Positions 15,804 through 24,180 of a stretch of 36,397 nucleotides of DNA are shown here, piece after piece. Below the pieces are notes generated by a model. The model was not told the origin of the DNA and made no database searches. It worked only from the letters and a program-made list of their open reading frames with translations. Both the position numbers and the translations under genes were made by a program. Origin of the DNA: Candidatus Beckwithbacteria bacterium. GTDB lineage: Bacteria > Patescibacteriota > Microgenomatia > UBA1400 > UBA1449. Numbering within the stretch: position 1 is the stretch's first letter; the number at the start of each line of letters is the position of its first letter. The stretch lies in NCBI GenBank assembly GCA_012798485.1, contig JAAZND010000065.1, positions 1 through 36,397 of the forward strand. The letters are read 5' to 3'.

Positions 15804-16982
15804 ATGGCAACATTTGACAGAACAAAACCTCATATGAATATTGGGACCATTGGTCACGTTGACCATGGTAAAACCACCCTTACTGCAGCTATTACAACTA
15901 CTTTAGCTAAAAAAGGGTTGGCTCAAGCTACTGCTTATGATCAGATTGATAAATCTCCAGAAGAAAAAGCTAGAGGGATTACAATCTCTATTACTCATGT
16001 TGAGTATGAAACTGATAAAAGACATTATGCCCATATCGATTGTCCAGGACACAAAGATTACATCAAAAACATGATTACTGGTGCAGCCCAGATGGATGGA
16101 GCTATTTTGGTCGTGGCTGCTACTGATGGACCAATGCCTCAGACTAAAGAACATTTACTTTTAGCTCATCAGGTTAATGTTCCAGCTATAGTTGTTTTTC
16201 TTAATAAATGTGATATGGTTGACGATCCAGAACTGATCGATCTTGTGGAAGAAGAAGTGAGAGAACTTTTGAAAAAATATGAATTTCCAGGTGATGAAGT
16301 TCCTATAATCAGAGGAAGTGCTTTAAAAGCCTTGGAAGGTGATGCTGCCGCTCAAGAATCTATCAATAAATTAATGGAGGCAGTTGATAATTATATCCCA
16401 ACTCCTGTAAGAGATTTGGAAAAACCATTCTTAATGCCAATAGAAGATGTCTTTTCTATCAAAGGTAGAGGCACAGTTGTCACTGGAAGAATTGAAAGAG
16501 GAGTTGTCAAAATTAATGATGAAATCGAAATTGTTGGCATTAAAGCCGCTAGAAAAAGTGTTGTCACAGGAGTCGAAATGTTTAGAAAACAACTTGATCA
16601 AGGTCAAGCTGGAGATAATGTTGGAATTTTACTTAGAGGCATTAACAAAGAAGATGTAGAAAGAGGTCAAGTTTTAGCCAAACCAGGAAGTATTACTCCA
16701 CATACCGAGTTTGAAGCTCAGGTATATGTGCTTTCCAAAGAAGAAGGTGGTAGACATACTCCTTTTTTTAATGGTTACAAACCACAGTTTTACATCAAAA
16801 CTACTGATGTGACTGGAGAAGTTATTTTACCAAAAGGCGTAGAAATGATTATGCCAGGAGATGATGCCAAAATCACTGCCAAACTTATCGTTCCTATGGC
16901 TATGGAAGAAGGTCTTAGATTTGCTATCAGAGAAGGTGGTAAAACTGTCGGAGCTGGAGTTATTACCAAAATTATTAAATAA
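15804..16982 (+). CDS. tuf: translation elongation factor Tu
   Basis: [34 protein letters not shown]. The ATG at 15804 is preceded by GAAAGGAG (15791-15798), so the track's TTG at 15789 is rejected. Confidence 0.98.
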   Translation: MATFDRTKPHMNIGTIGHVDHGKTTLTAAITTTLAKKGLAQATAYDQIDKSPEEKARGITISITHVEYETDKRHYAHIDCPGHKDYIKNMITGAAQMDGAILVVAATDGPMPQTKEHLLLAHQVNVPAIVVFLNKCDMVDDPELIDLVEEEVRELLKKYEFPGDEVPIIRGSALKALEGDAAAQESINKLMEAVDNYIPTPVRDLEKPFLMPIEDVFSIKGRGTVVTGRIERGVVKINDEIEIVGIKAARKSVVTGVEMFRKQLDQGQAGDNVGILLRGINKEDVERGQVLAKPGSITPHTEFEAQVYVLSKEEGGRHTPFFNGYKPQFYIKTTDVTGEVILPKGVEMIMPGDDAKITAKLIVPMAMEEGLRFAIREGGKTVGAGVITKIIK

Positions 16983-16993
16983 GAAATATATTA

Positions 16994-17023
16994 AGAGGGC
17001 TTAAGGCTTTGCCTAAGCCCTCT
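16994..17023 (+). terminator. strong hairpin after tuf (weak T-run)
   Basis: AGAGGGCTTA(A)GG-CTTTG-CCTAAGCCCTCT followed by TTCAATTTT. Confidence 0.5.
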
Positions 17024-17055
17024 TTCAATTTTAAACTGTCCAATTTTAAAATATT

Positions 17056-17367
17056 ATGGCAAGTGCACAACGAATTAGAGTCAAATTAAAAGCTTTCGAT
17101 CATCGTATTATCGATGAATGTAGTAATAAAATCTTGCAAACTGCTCTTTCTACTGGAGCTAAAGTAATTGGTCCTGTACCATTACCAACCAAGAGAAAAA
17201 GATTTCCAGTTTTAACCAGCCCTCATACTGATAAAGATGCAAGAGAACATTTTCAGATTTTGACTCATAAAAGACTTATTGACATATTGCAACCAACAGA
17301 TAAAACTATTGATTCTTTAATGCATTTGGAATTGCCAGCAGGAGTTGGGGTAGAAATTAAAATGTAA
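17056..17367 (+). CDS. rpsJ: 30S ribosomal protein S10
   Basis: [16 protein letters not shown]..., [38 protein letters not shown]. Confidence 0.98.
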   Translation: MASAQRIRVKLKAFDHRIIDECSNKILQTALSTGAKVIGPVPLPTKRKRFPVLTSPHTDKDAREHFQILTHKRLIDILQPTDKTIDSLMHLELPAGVGVEIKM

Positions 17368-17389
17368 TTGTTGATAACAGATTTGGTGT

Positions 17390-17418
17390 TTGAATTTTTA
17401 GAGAAAATAGAGTAAAAT
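17390..17418 (+). promoter_or_regulatory. promoter candidate TTGAAT-17 nt-TAAAAT in the rpsJ-rplC spacer
   Basis: TTGAAT at 17390-17395 and TAAAAT at 17413-17418. Confidence 0.35.
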
Positions 17419-17491
17419 ATCAGAGTTTTATGCAACAAACAGAAAAAATAATAATTTATTGATTTTTTCGCAACAGATTGGAAGGTTTTTT

Positions 17492-17518
17492 AAAAACCCG
17501 CCAAGAACGGGTTTTTTT
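17492..17518 (+). terminator. canonical intrinsic-terminator-like hairpin about 30 nt upstream of rplC (candidate attenuator)
   Basis: AAAAACCCG (17492-17500) / CGGGTTTTT (17508-17516), 7-nt loop CCAAGAA, 7-T run. Confidence 0.65.
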
Positions 17519-17549
17519 ATTGGTTTTTTAAAATTTTAAGATAAAAATT

Positions 17550-18302
17550 ATGAAATCATTTTACGGATTAAAAAAAGACCAGACACATGTTTATAATAAA
17601 GACGGCAAGAGGTTGTTTATTACTAGATTAGTAGTCAATCCTCTTAAAATTGTTCAAGTTAAAACAACTGACAAAGAACAATATAACGCCTTACAAGTGA
17701 GCATTGGTACCAAAAAAAGAAATACCAAAGCTATTGTTGGACATGTCAAAGATCTTAATTTAAATCCTTTGCATCTTAAAGAAATTAACTTAGAACAAAC
17801 TTTGGATAAAAAAAGAGGCGATGAAGTTAAAGTCAGTGAAGTGTTTAAAGTAGGAGATGAAATCCAAGTTCACAGCAGATCAAAAGGTAAAGGTTTTGCT
17901 GGAGCAATGAAGAGATGGAATTTTAAAGGTGGACCAAAAACTCATGGACAATCAGATAGAGCAAGAGCAGTTGGTTCTATTGGTCAAGGTACTTCTCCAG
18001 GAAGAATTTGGAAAGGTAAAAGAATGCCTGGTCATATGGGAGATGCTATTGCTTGTGTCAGAGGATCAGTTGTTGTCAAAATTGATGAAGCTCAAAATGA
18101 ACTTTGGATTACCGGAAGTGTTCCTGGAACCAGAAATAATTTAGTAAGATTAACCAAAGTAGGAGAAACTAAATTTGCTGGCCTTGATAAAAGATATGAA
18201 AAACAAGAATCAAGCATTGAGAATAAAGAGGCAGAAGTTGATATTAAACAAGAAGCTAATCAAGAGGTTAAACCAGAGATTAAGGAGGAAGAACAAAAAT
18301 AA
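17550..18302 (+). CDS. rplC: 50S ribosomal protein L3 (E/K-rich C-terminal extension)
   Basis: GKGFAGAMKRWNFKGGPKTHGQSDRARAVGSIG, and position after S10. Confidence 0.97.
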   Translation: MKSFYGLKKDQTHVYNKDGKRLFITRLVVNPLKIVQVKTTDKEQYNALQVSIGTKKRNTKAIVGHVKDLNLNPLHLKEINLEQTLDKKRGDEVKVSEVFKVGDEIQVHSRSKGKGFAGAMKRWNFKGGPKTHGQSDRARAVGSIGQGTSPGRIWKGKRMPGHMGDAIACVRGSVVVKIDEAQNELWITGSVPGTRNNLVRLTKVGETKFAGLDKRYEKQESSIENKEAEVDIKQEANQEVKPEIKEEEQK

Positions 18303-18313
18303 ACGGATTGTTG

Positions 18314-18349
18314 AATGGTTAAACTGCTAAGTTTAGCGATTTAACCATT
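18314..18349 (+). promoter_or_regulatory. 36-nt composite stem-loop between rplC and rplD
   Basis: AATGGTTAAA (18314-18323) / TTTAACCATT (18340-18349), with an inner GCTAA-GT-TTAGC. No T-run follows. Confidence 0.5.
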
Positions 18350-18365
18350 AAATAATAGAAAAAAT

Positions 18366-19007
18366 ATGAAATTTAAAGTTTTTGATCTTACCGGCAAACA
18401 ATTAGAAGATATGAATGTTAATAAAACCGTCTTCGAGACAAAAATTAACGATGTTTTGATGTCTCAAGCAGTAAGAGTATATTTATCTAATCAAAGACTG
18501 GCTAGTGCTCATGCTAAAACTAGAGGAGAAGTAGATAGAACTGGTGCTAAAGTTTATCGCCAAAAAGGGACTGGTAATGCCAGACATGGAGATAAAAAAT
18601 CTCCGATTTTTGTGGGTGGAGGTAAAGCCCATGGCCCAAAAGATCAGAATTATAAATTGAAAATTAGTAAAAAAATGATTAAAGCTGCTTTAAAAAGCGC
18701 TTTAAGTTTAAGAGCAAAAGAAGACAAAATTATCATTGTTGATGGTTTGGATAAAGTTAAAGAACCAAAAACTAAAGCTTTTGCCGGGTTTTTCACAAAA
18801 AGTTTAGGTAAAGAAAATATTTACAAAATCGCTTTAATTTTAAATAAAGAAGAAAGAATTAATGCTCCAGGAAAAAGTGCTCAAAATTTAGATCAGGTAG
18901 CAGTTTTAAATTGTGATAGTTTAAATACTTATGAAATTTTAAAAGCTAAAAGTTTAGTTTTAAGCTCACAAGCTTTAAAAGATTTAGAAGTTAGATTAAC
19001 AAAATAA
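18366..19007 (+). CDS. rplD: 50S ribosomal protein L4
   Basis: KTRGEVDRTGAKVYRQKGTGNARHGDKKSPIFVGGGKAHGP. Confidence 0.97.
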   Translation: MKFKVFDLTGKQLEDMNVNKTVFETKINDVLMSQAVRVYLSNQRLASAHAKTRGEVDRTGAKVYRQKGTGNARHGDKKSPIFVGGGKAHGPKDQNYKLKISKKMIKAALKSALSLRAKEDKIIIVDGLDKVKEPKTKAFAGFFTKSLGKENIYKIALILNKEERINAPGKSAQNLDQVAVLNCDSLNTYEILKAKSLVLSSQALKDLEVRLTK

Positions 19008-19016
19008 ATTATAAAT

Positions 19017-19403
19017 ATGAGACAGGATTTAGTTTTAGTTAGACCAATCATTACCGAAAAAACCATGGCTTTAGCCCAAATGAGTCAATTTACCTTTATG
19101 GTAAATCTTGATGCTAATAAAAATCAGATCATCAAAGCTATTGAAGATTATTTTAAAGTAAATGTAATTGAAATTAAAACTATTACTCTTAAAGGTAAAA
19201 TTAGAAGATTTGGAACTAAAAGAGTGCCAACTCAACTAGCTGGGACTAAAAAAGCTATCGTGACTTTGAAAAAAGGACAGAAAATTGATTTATTTGAAAT
19301 TGGCGATGAAAAAGAAGAGAAGAAAAAAGTTAAAAAAGTAGAAAAGAAAGAAAGTAAAAAAGAAACTAAGAATAAACCTGAAGTTAAAAAAACTGACAAA
19401 TAA
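19017..19403 (+). CDS. rplW: 50S ribosomal protein L23 (K/E-rich C-terminal extension)
   Basis: [10 protein letters not shown]..., [17 protein letters not shown] pattern, [14 protein letters not shown], and synteny. Confidence 0.95.
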   Translation: MRQDLVLVRPIITEKTMALAQMSQFTFMVNLDANKNQIIKAIEDYFKVNVIEIKTITLKGKIRRFGTKRVPTQLAGTKKAIVTLKKGQKIDLFEIGDEKEEKKKVKKVEKKESKKETKNKPEVKKTDK

Positions 19404-19408
19404 GCAAT

Positions 19409-20239
19409 ATGGCTATTAAAAAAATTAAACCAACATCAAACGCATCAAGACATATAAGTTACATAGATAACAAAGAGATTACTAAAAAAGACCCAGAAAA
19501 AAGTTTAGTGAAGATTTTGAAAAAACATTCTGGACGCAATAATATGGGTCGTGTGACAGTCAGACATCAGGGTGGTAGACAAAAAAGATATTATCGCCTG
19601 ATTGATTTCAAAAGAGATAAAAAAGACATTGAAGCCAAAGTAGTTGCTATAGAATATGATCCAAATCGTACTGCCAATATTGCTTTATTATATTATACTG
19701 ACGGAGAAAAAAGATATATTTTGGCTCCAGAAGGCTTAAAAATTGGAGACAAAGTTGTTTCAAAAGAAAATGCAGATGTCAAACCAGGCAATGCCATGCC
19801 ACTAAAAAATATACCATTAGGAATGCCAATTCATAATATTGAACTTAGACCTGGTAAAGGCGGACAAATTATTAGAAGCGCTGGATCAGCTGCCATGTTG
19901 CAGTCAAAAGAAGGTTTATACGCTCATGTGTTATTACCTTCTTCTGAAGTAAGACAAATTTCAGTCAATTGTTATGCTACGATTGGTCAGGTTGGGAATG
20001 TTGATTGGCAGAATGTCAGCCTTGGTAAAGCAGGGAGAAAAAGATTAATGGGAATAAGACCAAGTGTTAGAGGTGTGGCTATGGCACCTAATTCTCACCC
20101 TCATGGAGGAGGAGAAGGTCGTTCTGGTATTGGTATGTCTTCACCTAAATCACCTTGGGGAAAGAAAACTTTGGGTCTTAAAACCAGAAAGAAATACAAA
20201 TATTTTAATAACATGATTATTAAAAGGAGAAGTAAATAA
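19409..20239 (+). CDS. rplB: 50S ribosomal protein L2
   Basis: [47 protein letters not shown]. Confidence 0.98.
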   Translation: MAIKKIKPTSNASRHISYIDNKEITKKDPEKSLVKILKKHSGRNNMGRVTVRHQGGRQKRYYRLIDFKRDKKDIEAKVVAIEYDPNRTANIALLYYTDGEKRYILAPEGLKIGDKVVSKENADVKPGNAMPLKNIPLGMPIHNIELRPGKGGQIIRSAGSAAMLQSKEGLYAHVLLPSSEVRQISVNCYATIGQVGNVDWQNVSLGKAGRKRLMGIRPSVRGVAMAPNSHPHGGGEGRSGIGMSSPKSPWGKKTLGLKTRKKYKYFNNMIIKRRSK

Positions 20240-20260
20240 CATTATTTAAAAATAAATAAT

Positions 20261-20304
20261 AAATGCAAAATTATAATTGATTTTAAATTTTTTATTTTGC
20301 ATTT
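20261..20304 (+). promoter_or_regulatory. stem-loop in the rplB-rpsS spacer
   Basis: Perfect 11-bp arms AAATGCAAAAT (20261-20271) / ATTTTGCATTT (20294-20304). The right arm belongs to a 19-nt word that recurs exactly at 24151-24169. Confidence 0.55.
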
Positions 20305-20317
20305 TAAATTTTAAAAA

Positions 20318-20602
20318 GTGTCAAGAAGTTTAAAAAAAGGACCATATATCGATGAAAAACTTTTAAAAAAAGTTTCTAAACAAAAACAGGAAGGCAAAAA
20401 AGAAGTGATTAAAACTTGGGCAAGAGACAGCCAAATTTCACCTGAATTTGTTGGTCATACCTTTGGAGTTCATAACGGAAGAATTTTTGTCGAAGTTTTT
20501 GTCAATGAATCGATGGTTGGTCACAGACTTGGAGAATTTTCTCCAACCAGAACTTTTAGAGGTCACGGTAAGATGGTTAAAAGAGTTATTACAAAAACTT
20601 AA
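20318..20602 (+). CDS. rpsS: 30S ribosomal protein S19 (GTG start)
   Basis: [19 protein letters not shown]..., HNGR.F..V.V...[18 protein letters not shown]. Confidence 0.98.
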   Translation: MSRSLKKGPYIDEKLLKKVSKQKQEGKKEVIKTWARDSQISPEFVGHTFGVHNGRIFVEVFVNESMVGHRLGEFSPTRTFRGHGKMVKRVITKT

Positions 20603-20644
20603 AATCAATTCAAAAGTCAGAATTAAAAATTTAAAATTAAACAT

Positions 20645-21046
20645 ATGGAAATCGTTGCTTATCAAAAATACGTTAGAACCAGTCCAAGAAAAATTCAGCT
20701 TATTGCTGATGCAGTGAGACAGATGCATCCAACTCAAGCTTTGACCAATTTAGAGTTTATGCATAAAAGAGCTGCAGATGTTTTGAAAAGAGTATTAAAT
20801 CAGGCAGTAAAAAACGCAGTTAATAATAGTGGTTTAAACGAAAAAGATTTGAAAATCAAACACATCTTAGTTGAAAAAGGACCACAATATAAAAGATTTA
20901 ATGCAGCATCTAGAGGAAGAGCCAGAACCATTTTGAAAAAAACTAGCCATATTAAGGTTGTTTTAGAAGGTAAGGAAGTTAAAAAAGTTCAAGAAGAACC
21001 AAAAACTGATAAAAAAACAAAAGAAAATTCAAAGTTAAAAAAATAA
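20645..21046 (+). CDS. rplV: 50S ribosomal protein L22 (K-rich C-terminal extension)
   Basis: YVRTSPRKIQLIADAVR, RFNAASRGRARTILKKTSHIKVVL. Confidence 0.97.
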   Translation: MEIVAYQKYVRTSPRKIQLIADAVRQMHPTQALTNLEFMHKRAADVLKRVLNQAVKNAVNNSGLNEKDLKIKHILVEKGPQYKRFNAASRGRARTILKKTSHIKVVLEGKEVKKVQEEPKTDKKTKENSKLKK

Positions 21047-21087
21047 AATTTAATTTTAGCTTTTTAACTTTTAAATAAAATTAAAAT

Positions 21088-21741
21088 ATGGGTAAAAAAG
21101 TAAATCCATTTGGATTTAGACTAGGATCACTTTATACATGGAAATCTCGTTGGTATGCTAAAAAACAAGATTATAAAACCTTGCTTTTACAAGATATTAA
21201 ATTAAGAGAATTTCTGATGGAGAAACTACAGAGTGCTGGCGTGGCTAAAGTTGAAATTGAAAGATCTATCAAAAAAATTACTGTTTATATCTATGTTTCT
21301 AGACCAGGTGTGGTGATCGGCAGAGGTGGAAAAGGTTTGGAAGATCTTAATAAAGAAATCAGAAAAAGATTAGATATTAAAGATGATGACAAAAATGCAA
21401 TGAAGATTGATATCAAAGTTGAAGAAGTAAAAGTGCCAGAATTACATGCTCAATTGGTAGCTGCTCAGATTGTCAATCAGTTAATCAGAAGATATCCACA
21501 TCGAAGAGCAGTTAATCAAGCTTTAGATAAAAGTATGGATGCTGGAGCAAAAGGAATTAAAGTTCAACTTTCTGGAAGAATTGATGGAGCTGAAATCGGA
21601 AGATCAGAAAAATACTGGAAAGGCAGCATTCCTACTCAAACTCTGAGATCAGATATTGATTATGCCGAAATGCCTGCTTTGACAAGATCTGGATATATTG
21701 GTATTAAAGTTTGGATTTATAAAGGAGAAAAACAAATCTAG
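21088..21741 (+). CDS. rpsC: 30S ribosomal protein S3
   Basis: MGKKVNPFGFRLG..., KH-domain GRGGKGLEDL, LSGRIDGAEIGRSE. Confidence 0.98.
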   Translation: MGKKVNPFGFRLGSLYTWKSRWYAKKQDYKTLLLQDIKLREFLMEKLQSAGVAKVEIERSIKKITVYIYVSRPGVVIGRGGKGLEDLNKEIRKRLDIKDDDKNAMKIDIKVEEVKVPELHAQLVAAQIVNQLIRRYPHRRAVNQALDKSMDAGAKGIKVQLSGRIDGAEIGRSEKYWKGSIPTQTLRSDIDYAEMPALTRSGYIGIKVWIYKGEKQI

Positions 21742-21816
21742 GTTTTAGGAAATAGGGTTTAGGGATTAGTTTTTAATTCATAAACCTTAAGATCTAAACT
21801 TGGGAATTTACTAACA

Positions 21817-22233
21817 ATGTTACAACCAAAAAGAACCAAATATCGTAAACAATTTAGAGGCAGAAGAAAAGGTAAAGCTTATGGTGGCTCAAGTATTTCT
21901 TTTGGTGAATTTGGCTTGAAATCTTTGGAATGTGGTTGGGTGACAAGTCAGCAAATTGAATCGGCAAGAAAAGCTATTGCAGGATACACAAAAAGAGTTG
22001 GTAAAACCTGGATCAGAATTTTCCCAGATAAACCTTATACTAAAAGAGCGGCTGGATCAAGAATGGGTGGCGGAAAAGGTGACATTGAAGGTTATGTAGC
22101 TGTAATTAAACCAGGGAGAATTTTGTTTGAAATTGCAGGAATTGAAGAAGCAACTGCGAGAGAAGCCTTGACTCGTGCTGCCATGAAAATTGGTCTTAAA
22201 ACTAAAATTGAAACTAAGGAGATAAATTTATAA
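21817..22233 (+). CDS. rplP: 50S ribosomal protein L16
   Basis: [44 protein letters not shown]. Confidence 0.98.
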   Translation: MLQPKRTKYRKQFRGRRKGKAYGGSSISFGEFGLKSLECGWVTSQQIESARKAIAGYTKRVGKTWIRIFPDKPYTKRAAGSRMGGGKGDIEGYVAVIKPGRILFEIAGIEEATAREALTRAAMKIGLKTKIETKEINL

Positions 22234-22302
22234 TAGAGTAATCGCTAATATACGAATAAGATATAATATACAAATTATTTAAAGCGTATCAGCGATAGAA
22301 AA

Positions 22303-22515
22303 ATGAAAAAAAGTCAAAAAACAGAAATCAGAAATTTAAGTGACAATGAACTTAGTAAAAAATTGGAAACTATTTTAAAAGACTTAATTGATCTTAAAAT
22401 GAAACTTAATATGGGAACATTGAAAAATGTGCATCAATTGAAAAAATTAAAAAAAGAAATGGCTGTTATAAAAACCATTCAAGCTGAGCGAAAATTTGCT
22501 CAACAGGAAAAATAA
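22303..22515 (+). CDS. rpmC: 50S ribosomal protein L29
   Basis: 70-aa helical K/L-rich protein (IRNLSDNELSKKLE...LKMKL) in the conserved slot between L16 and S17. Confidence 0.9.
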   Translation: MKKSQKTEIRNLSDNELSKKLETILKDLIDLKMKLNMGTLKNVHQLKKLKKEMAVIKTIQAERKFAQQEK

Positions 22516-22516
22516 T

Positions 22517-22747
22517 ATGAAAACTTTAACAGGAAAAGTTATTTCAAACAAAATGGAAAACACCGTAACAGTTTTGGTGGAAAACATGTGGCAGCATCCA
22601 GTTTATCAAAAAAGCATTAAAAGATCTAAAAAATTTTTAGCTCATACTGATAAAAAAATTACTGAGGGAAAGTTTGTTGTTATTGCAGAAACTAGACCAA
22701 TTAGTAAAAGAAAAAACTGGAAAGTTTTGGAGGTTATAAAGAAATAA
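22517..22747 (+). CDS. rpsQ: 30S ribosomal protein S17
   Basis: MKTLTGKVISNKMENTVTVLVE...HPVYQK. The ATG at 22517, one nt after the L29 stop, is preferred over the track start at 22496. Confidence 0.95.
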   Translation: MKTLTGKVISNKMENTVTVLVENMWQHPVYQKSIKRSKKFLAHTDKKITEGKFVVIAETRPISKRKNWKVLEVIKK

Positions 22748-22779
22748 AGTTTATAGCTATAAACTTTATTTAAGATAAA

Positions 22780-23154
22780 ATGATTCAACTTAGAAGTTTA
22801 TTAAATTTAGCAGATAATAGCGGAGCTAAACAAATCAGAGTAATTTTGATTCATGGCGGAAGCAGAAGAAAATTTGGATATTTAACAGATGTCATTACGG
22901 CAGCTGTAGTAAAAGCTGATCCTAATGGAAATGTTAAAGTAGGAGATAAGGTTAAAGCAGTGGTGGTAAGAACTAAAAAAGAAACAAGAAGAAAAGATGG
23001 ATCTTATATCAGATTTGACGAAAATGCAGCTGTAGTAATTGAAAGTGTGACCAGTAAAAACCCAATTGCTAGCCGTATTTTCGGTCCTATTGCTCGTGAA
23101 GTAAAAGATGCAGGTTTTGCTAAAATTGCATCTCTTGCTCCAGAAGTACTTTAA
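22780..23154 (+). CDS. rplN: 50S ribosomal protein L14
   Basis: [43 protein letters not shown]. Confidence 0.98.
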   Translation: MIQLRSLLNLADNSGAKQIRVILIHGGSRRKFGYLTDVITAAVVKADPNGNVKVGDKVKAVVVRTKKETRRKDGSYIRFDENAAVVIESVTSKNPIASRIFGPIAREVKDAGFAKIASLAPEVL

Positions 23155-23202
23155 ATTAAATAGTTAATTAGAGAATTAGCTGCTTAGTTAATTAGTAAAA
23201 AA

Positions 23203-23547
23203 ATGACAAACTTAAAAACAAAAATCAAAGTCGGAGACCAAATAGAAGTTATTAAAGGTAAAGATTTGGGTAAAAAAGGTCAAGTAGAAAAAATTTTAAG
23301 AGAAAAAAGTAGAATCTTGGTTAAAAATATTAATTTAGTCAAAAAGCATATTAAGGCAAGAAAAGGAGTTCAAGGCGGAATTATTAGTGTTGAAAGACCT
23401 TTAAGTATTGCCAACGTGCAACTGCTTTGCCCAAATTGTCAGAAAAGAACTCGTATTGGGATTGAAGGCGAAGGGAAAAATAAACAGAGAATCTGTAAAA
23501 AATGTAAAGCACCTTTGGCTAGTAAAACCGAAGTTAAAAATAAGTAA
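23203..23547 (+). CDS. rplX: 50S ribosomal protein L24, Cys4 (Zn-ribbon-type) variant
   Basis: KOW motif KVGDQIEVIKGKDLGKKGQV, NLVKKHIK, and CPNC...(18 aa)...CKKC in the C-terminal part. Confidence 0.95.
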   Translation: MTNLKTKIKVGDQIEVIKGKDLGKKGQVEKILREKSRILVKNINLVKKHIKARKGVQGGIISVERPLSIANVQLLCPNCQKRTRIGIEGEGKNKQRICKKCKAPLASKTEVKNK

Positions 23548-23576
23548 ATCATGCTATCAAAATTAGCATCTAAACA

Positions 23577-24119
23577 ATGAATAGACTTAAACAATATTAT
23601 CAAGAAAAAATACTCGCTAAACTTAAACAGGAACTAAACATCAAAAATGATTTAGCTGTACCAAGATTAAAGAGAATTATTATCACCATGGGAATTGGAG
23701 ATAGTTGCCGTGATAAAGGTTTGAGAGATAAAATTGTAGCTTATATGTCTGCCATTGCTGGCCAAAAAGTACAATTTTGCCAAACTAAAAGATCTATTGC
23801 TGAATTTGGTATTCGACAAGGAGATTCAGTGGGAATTAAGGCAACTTTAAGAGGAGAAAGAGCTTATGAATTTTTAGATAAATTATGTTCTATAGTTTTG
23901 CCAAGAGTAAGAGATTTTCAGGGGGTTAAAGCTAATGCTTTTGATCAAAATGGCAATTATAATTTAGCTTTGAAAGAACAGATTATTTTTCCTGAAGTAG
24001 ATTATGATAAAATAGACCGCATTAGAGGATTACAAATTACAATTAATACAACAGCAAAAAATAAAGAAGAAGCATATCTTTTATTAAAAGAATTAGGTAT
24101 GCCATTTGAAAAAAATTAA
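23577..24119 (+). CDS. rplE: 50S ribosomal protein L5
   Basis: NRLKQYYQEKI..., VPRLKRIIITMGIG, FPEVDYDKIDRIRGLQITI. Confidence 0.98.
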   Translation: MNRLKQYYQEKILAKLKQELNIKNDLAVPRLKRIIITMGIGDSCRDKGLRDKIVAYMSAIAGQKVQFCQTKRSIAEFGIRQGDSVGIKATLRGERAYEFLDKLCSIVLPRVRDFQGVKANAFDQNGNYNLALKEQIIFPEVDYDKIDRIRGLQITINTTAKNKEEAYLLLKELGMPFEKN

Positions 24120-24120
24120 T

Positions 24121-24169
24121 AATGAAAAATTAAAAATGTAAAATTTTTTCATTTTGCATTTTAAATTTT
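24121..24169 (+). promoter_or_regulatory. pair of overlapping alternative stem-loops in the rplE-rpsN spacer
   Basis: AATGAAAAA (24121-24129) / TTTTTCATT (24145-24153), or AAAATGTAAAAT (24133-24144) / ATTTTGCATTTT (24151-24162, one U-G). Contains the 19-nt word at 24151-24169. Confidence 0.5.
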
Positions 24170-24180
24170 GAATTGAATTC

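Noticed and set aside
12236-17549. tRNA, tmRNA, SRP RNA or other classical small RNA genes in the longer spacers (3777-3965, 12236-12768, 14932-15217, 15641-15803, 17368-17549)
   Set aside because: By eye I found no cloverleaf-compatible arms, no GTTCRANNC T-loop and no conserved SRP/tmRNA motifs. The spacers are almost purely A/T outside the terminator stems. A covariance-model scan would be needed to be definitive.
21750-21768. Plant-telomere-like TTTAGGG units (TAGGGTTTAGGGAT) and a possible G-quadruplex
   Set aside because: There are only two G-tracts, too few for a quadruplex, and a telomere function makes no sense inside a bacterial operon. The observation is kept only as part of the TAGGKTTTAG repeat finding.
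22496-22516. Upstream start for rpsQ overlapping rpmC
   Set aside because: The ATG at 22517, one nt after the L29 stop, gives the canonical S17 N-terminus (MKTLTGKV...).
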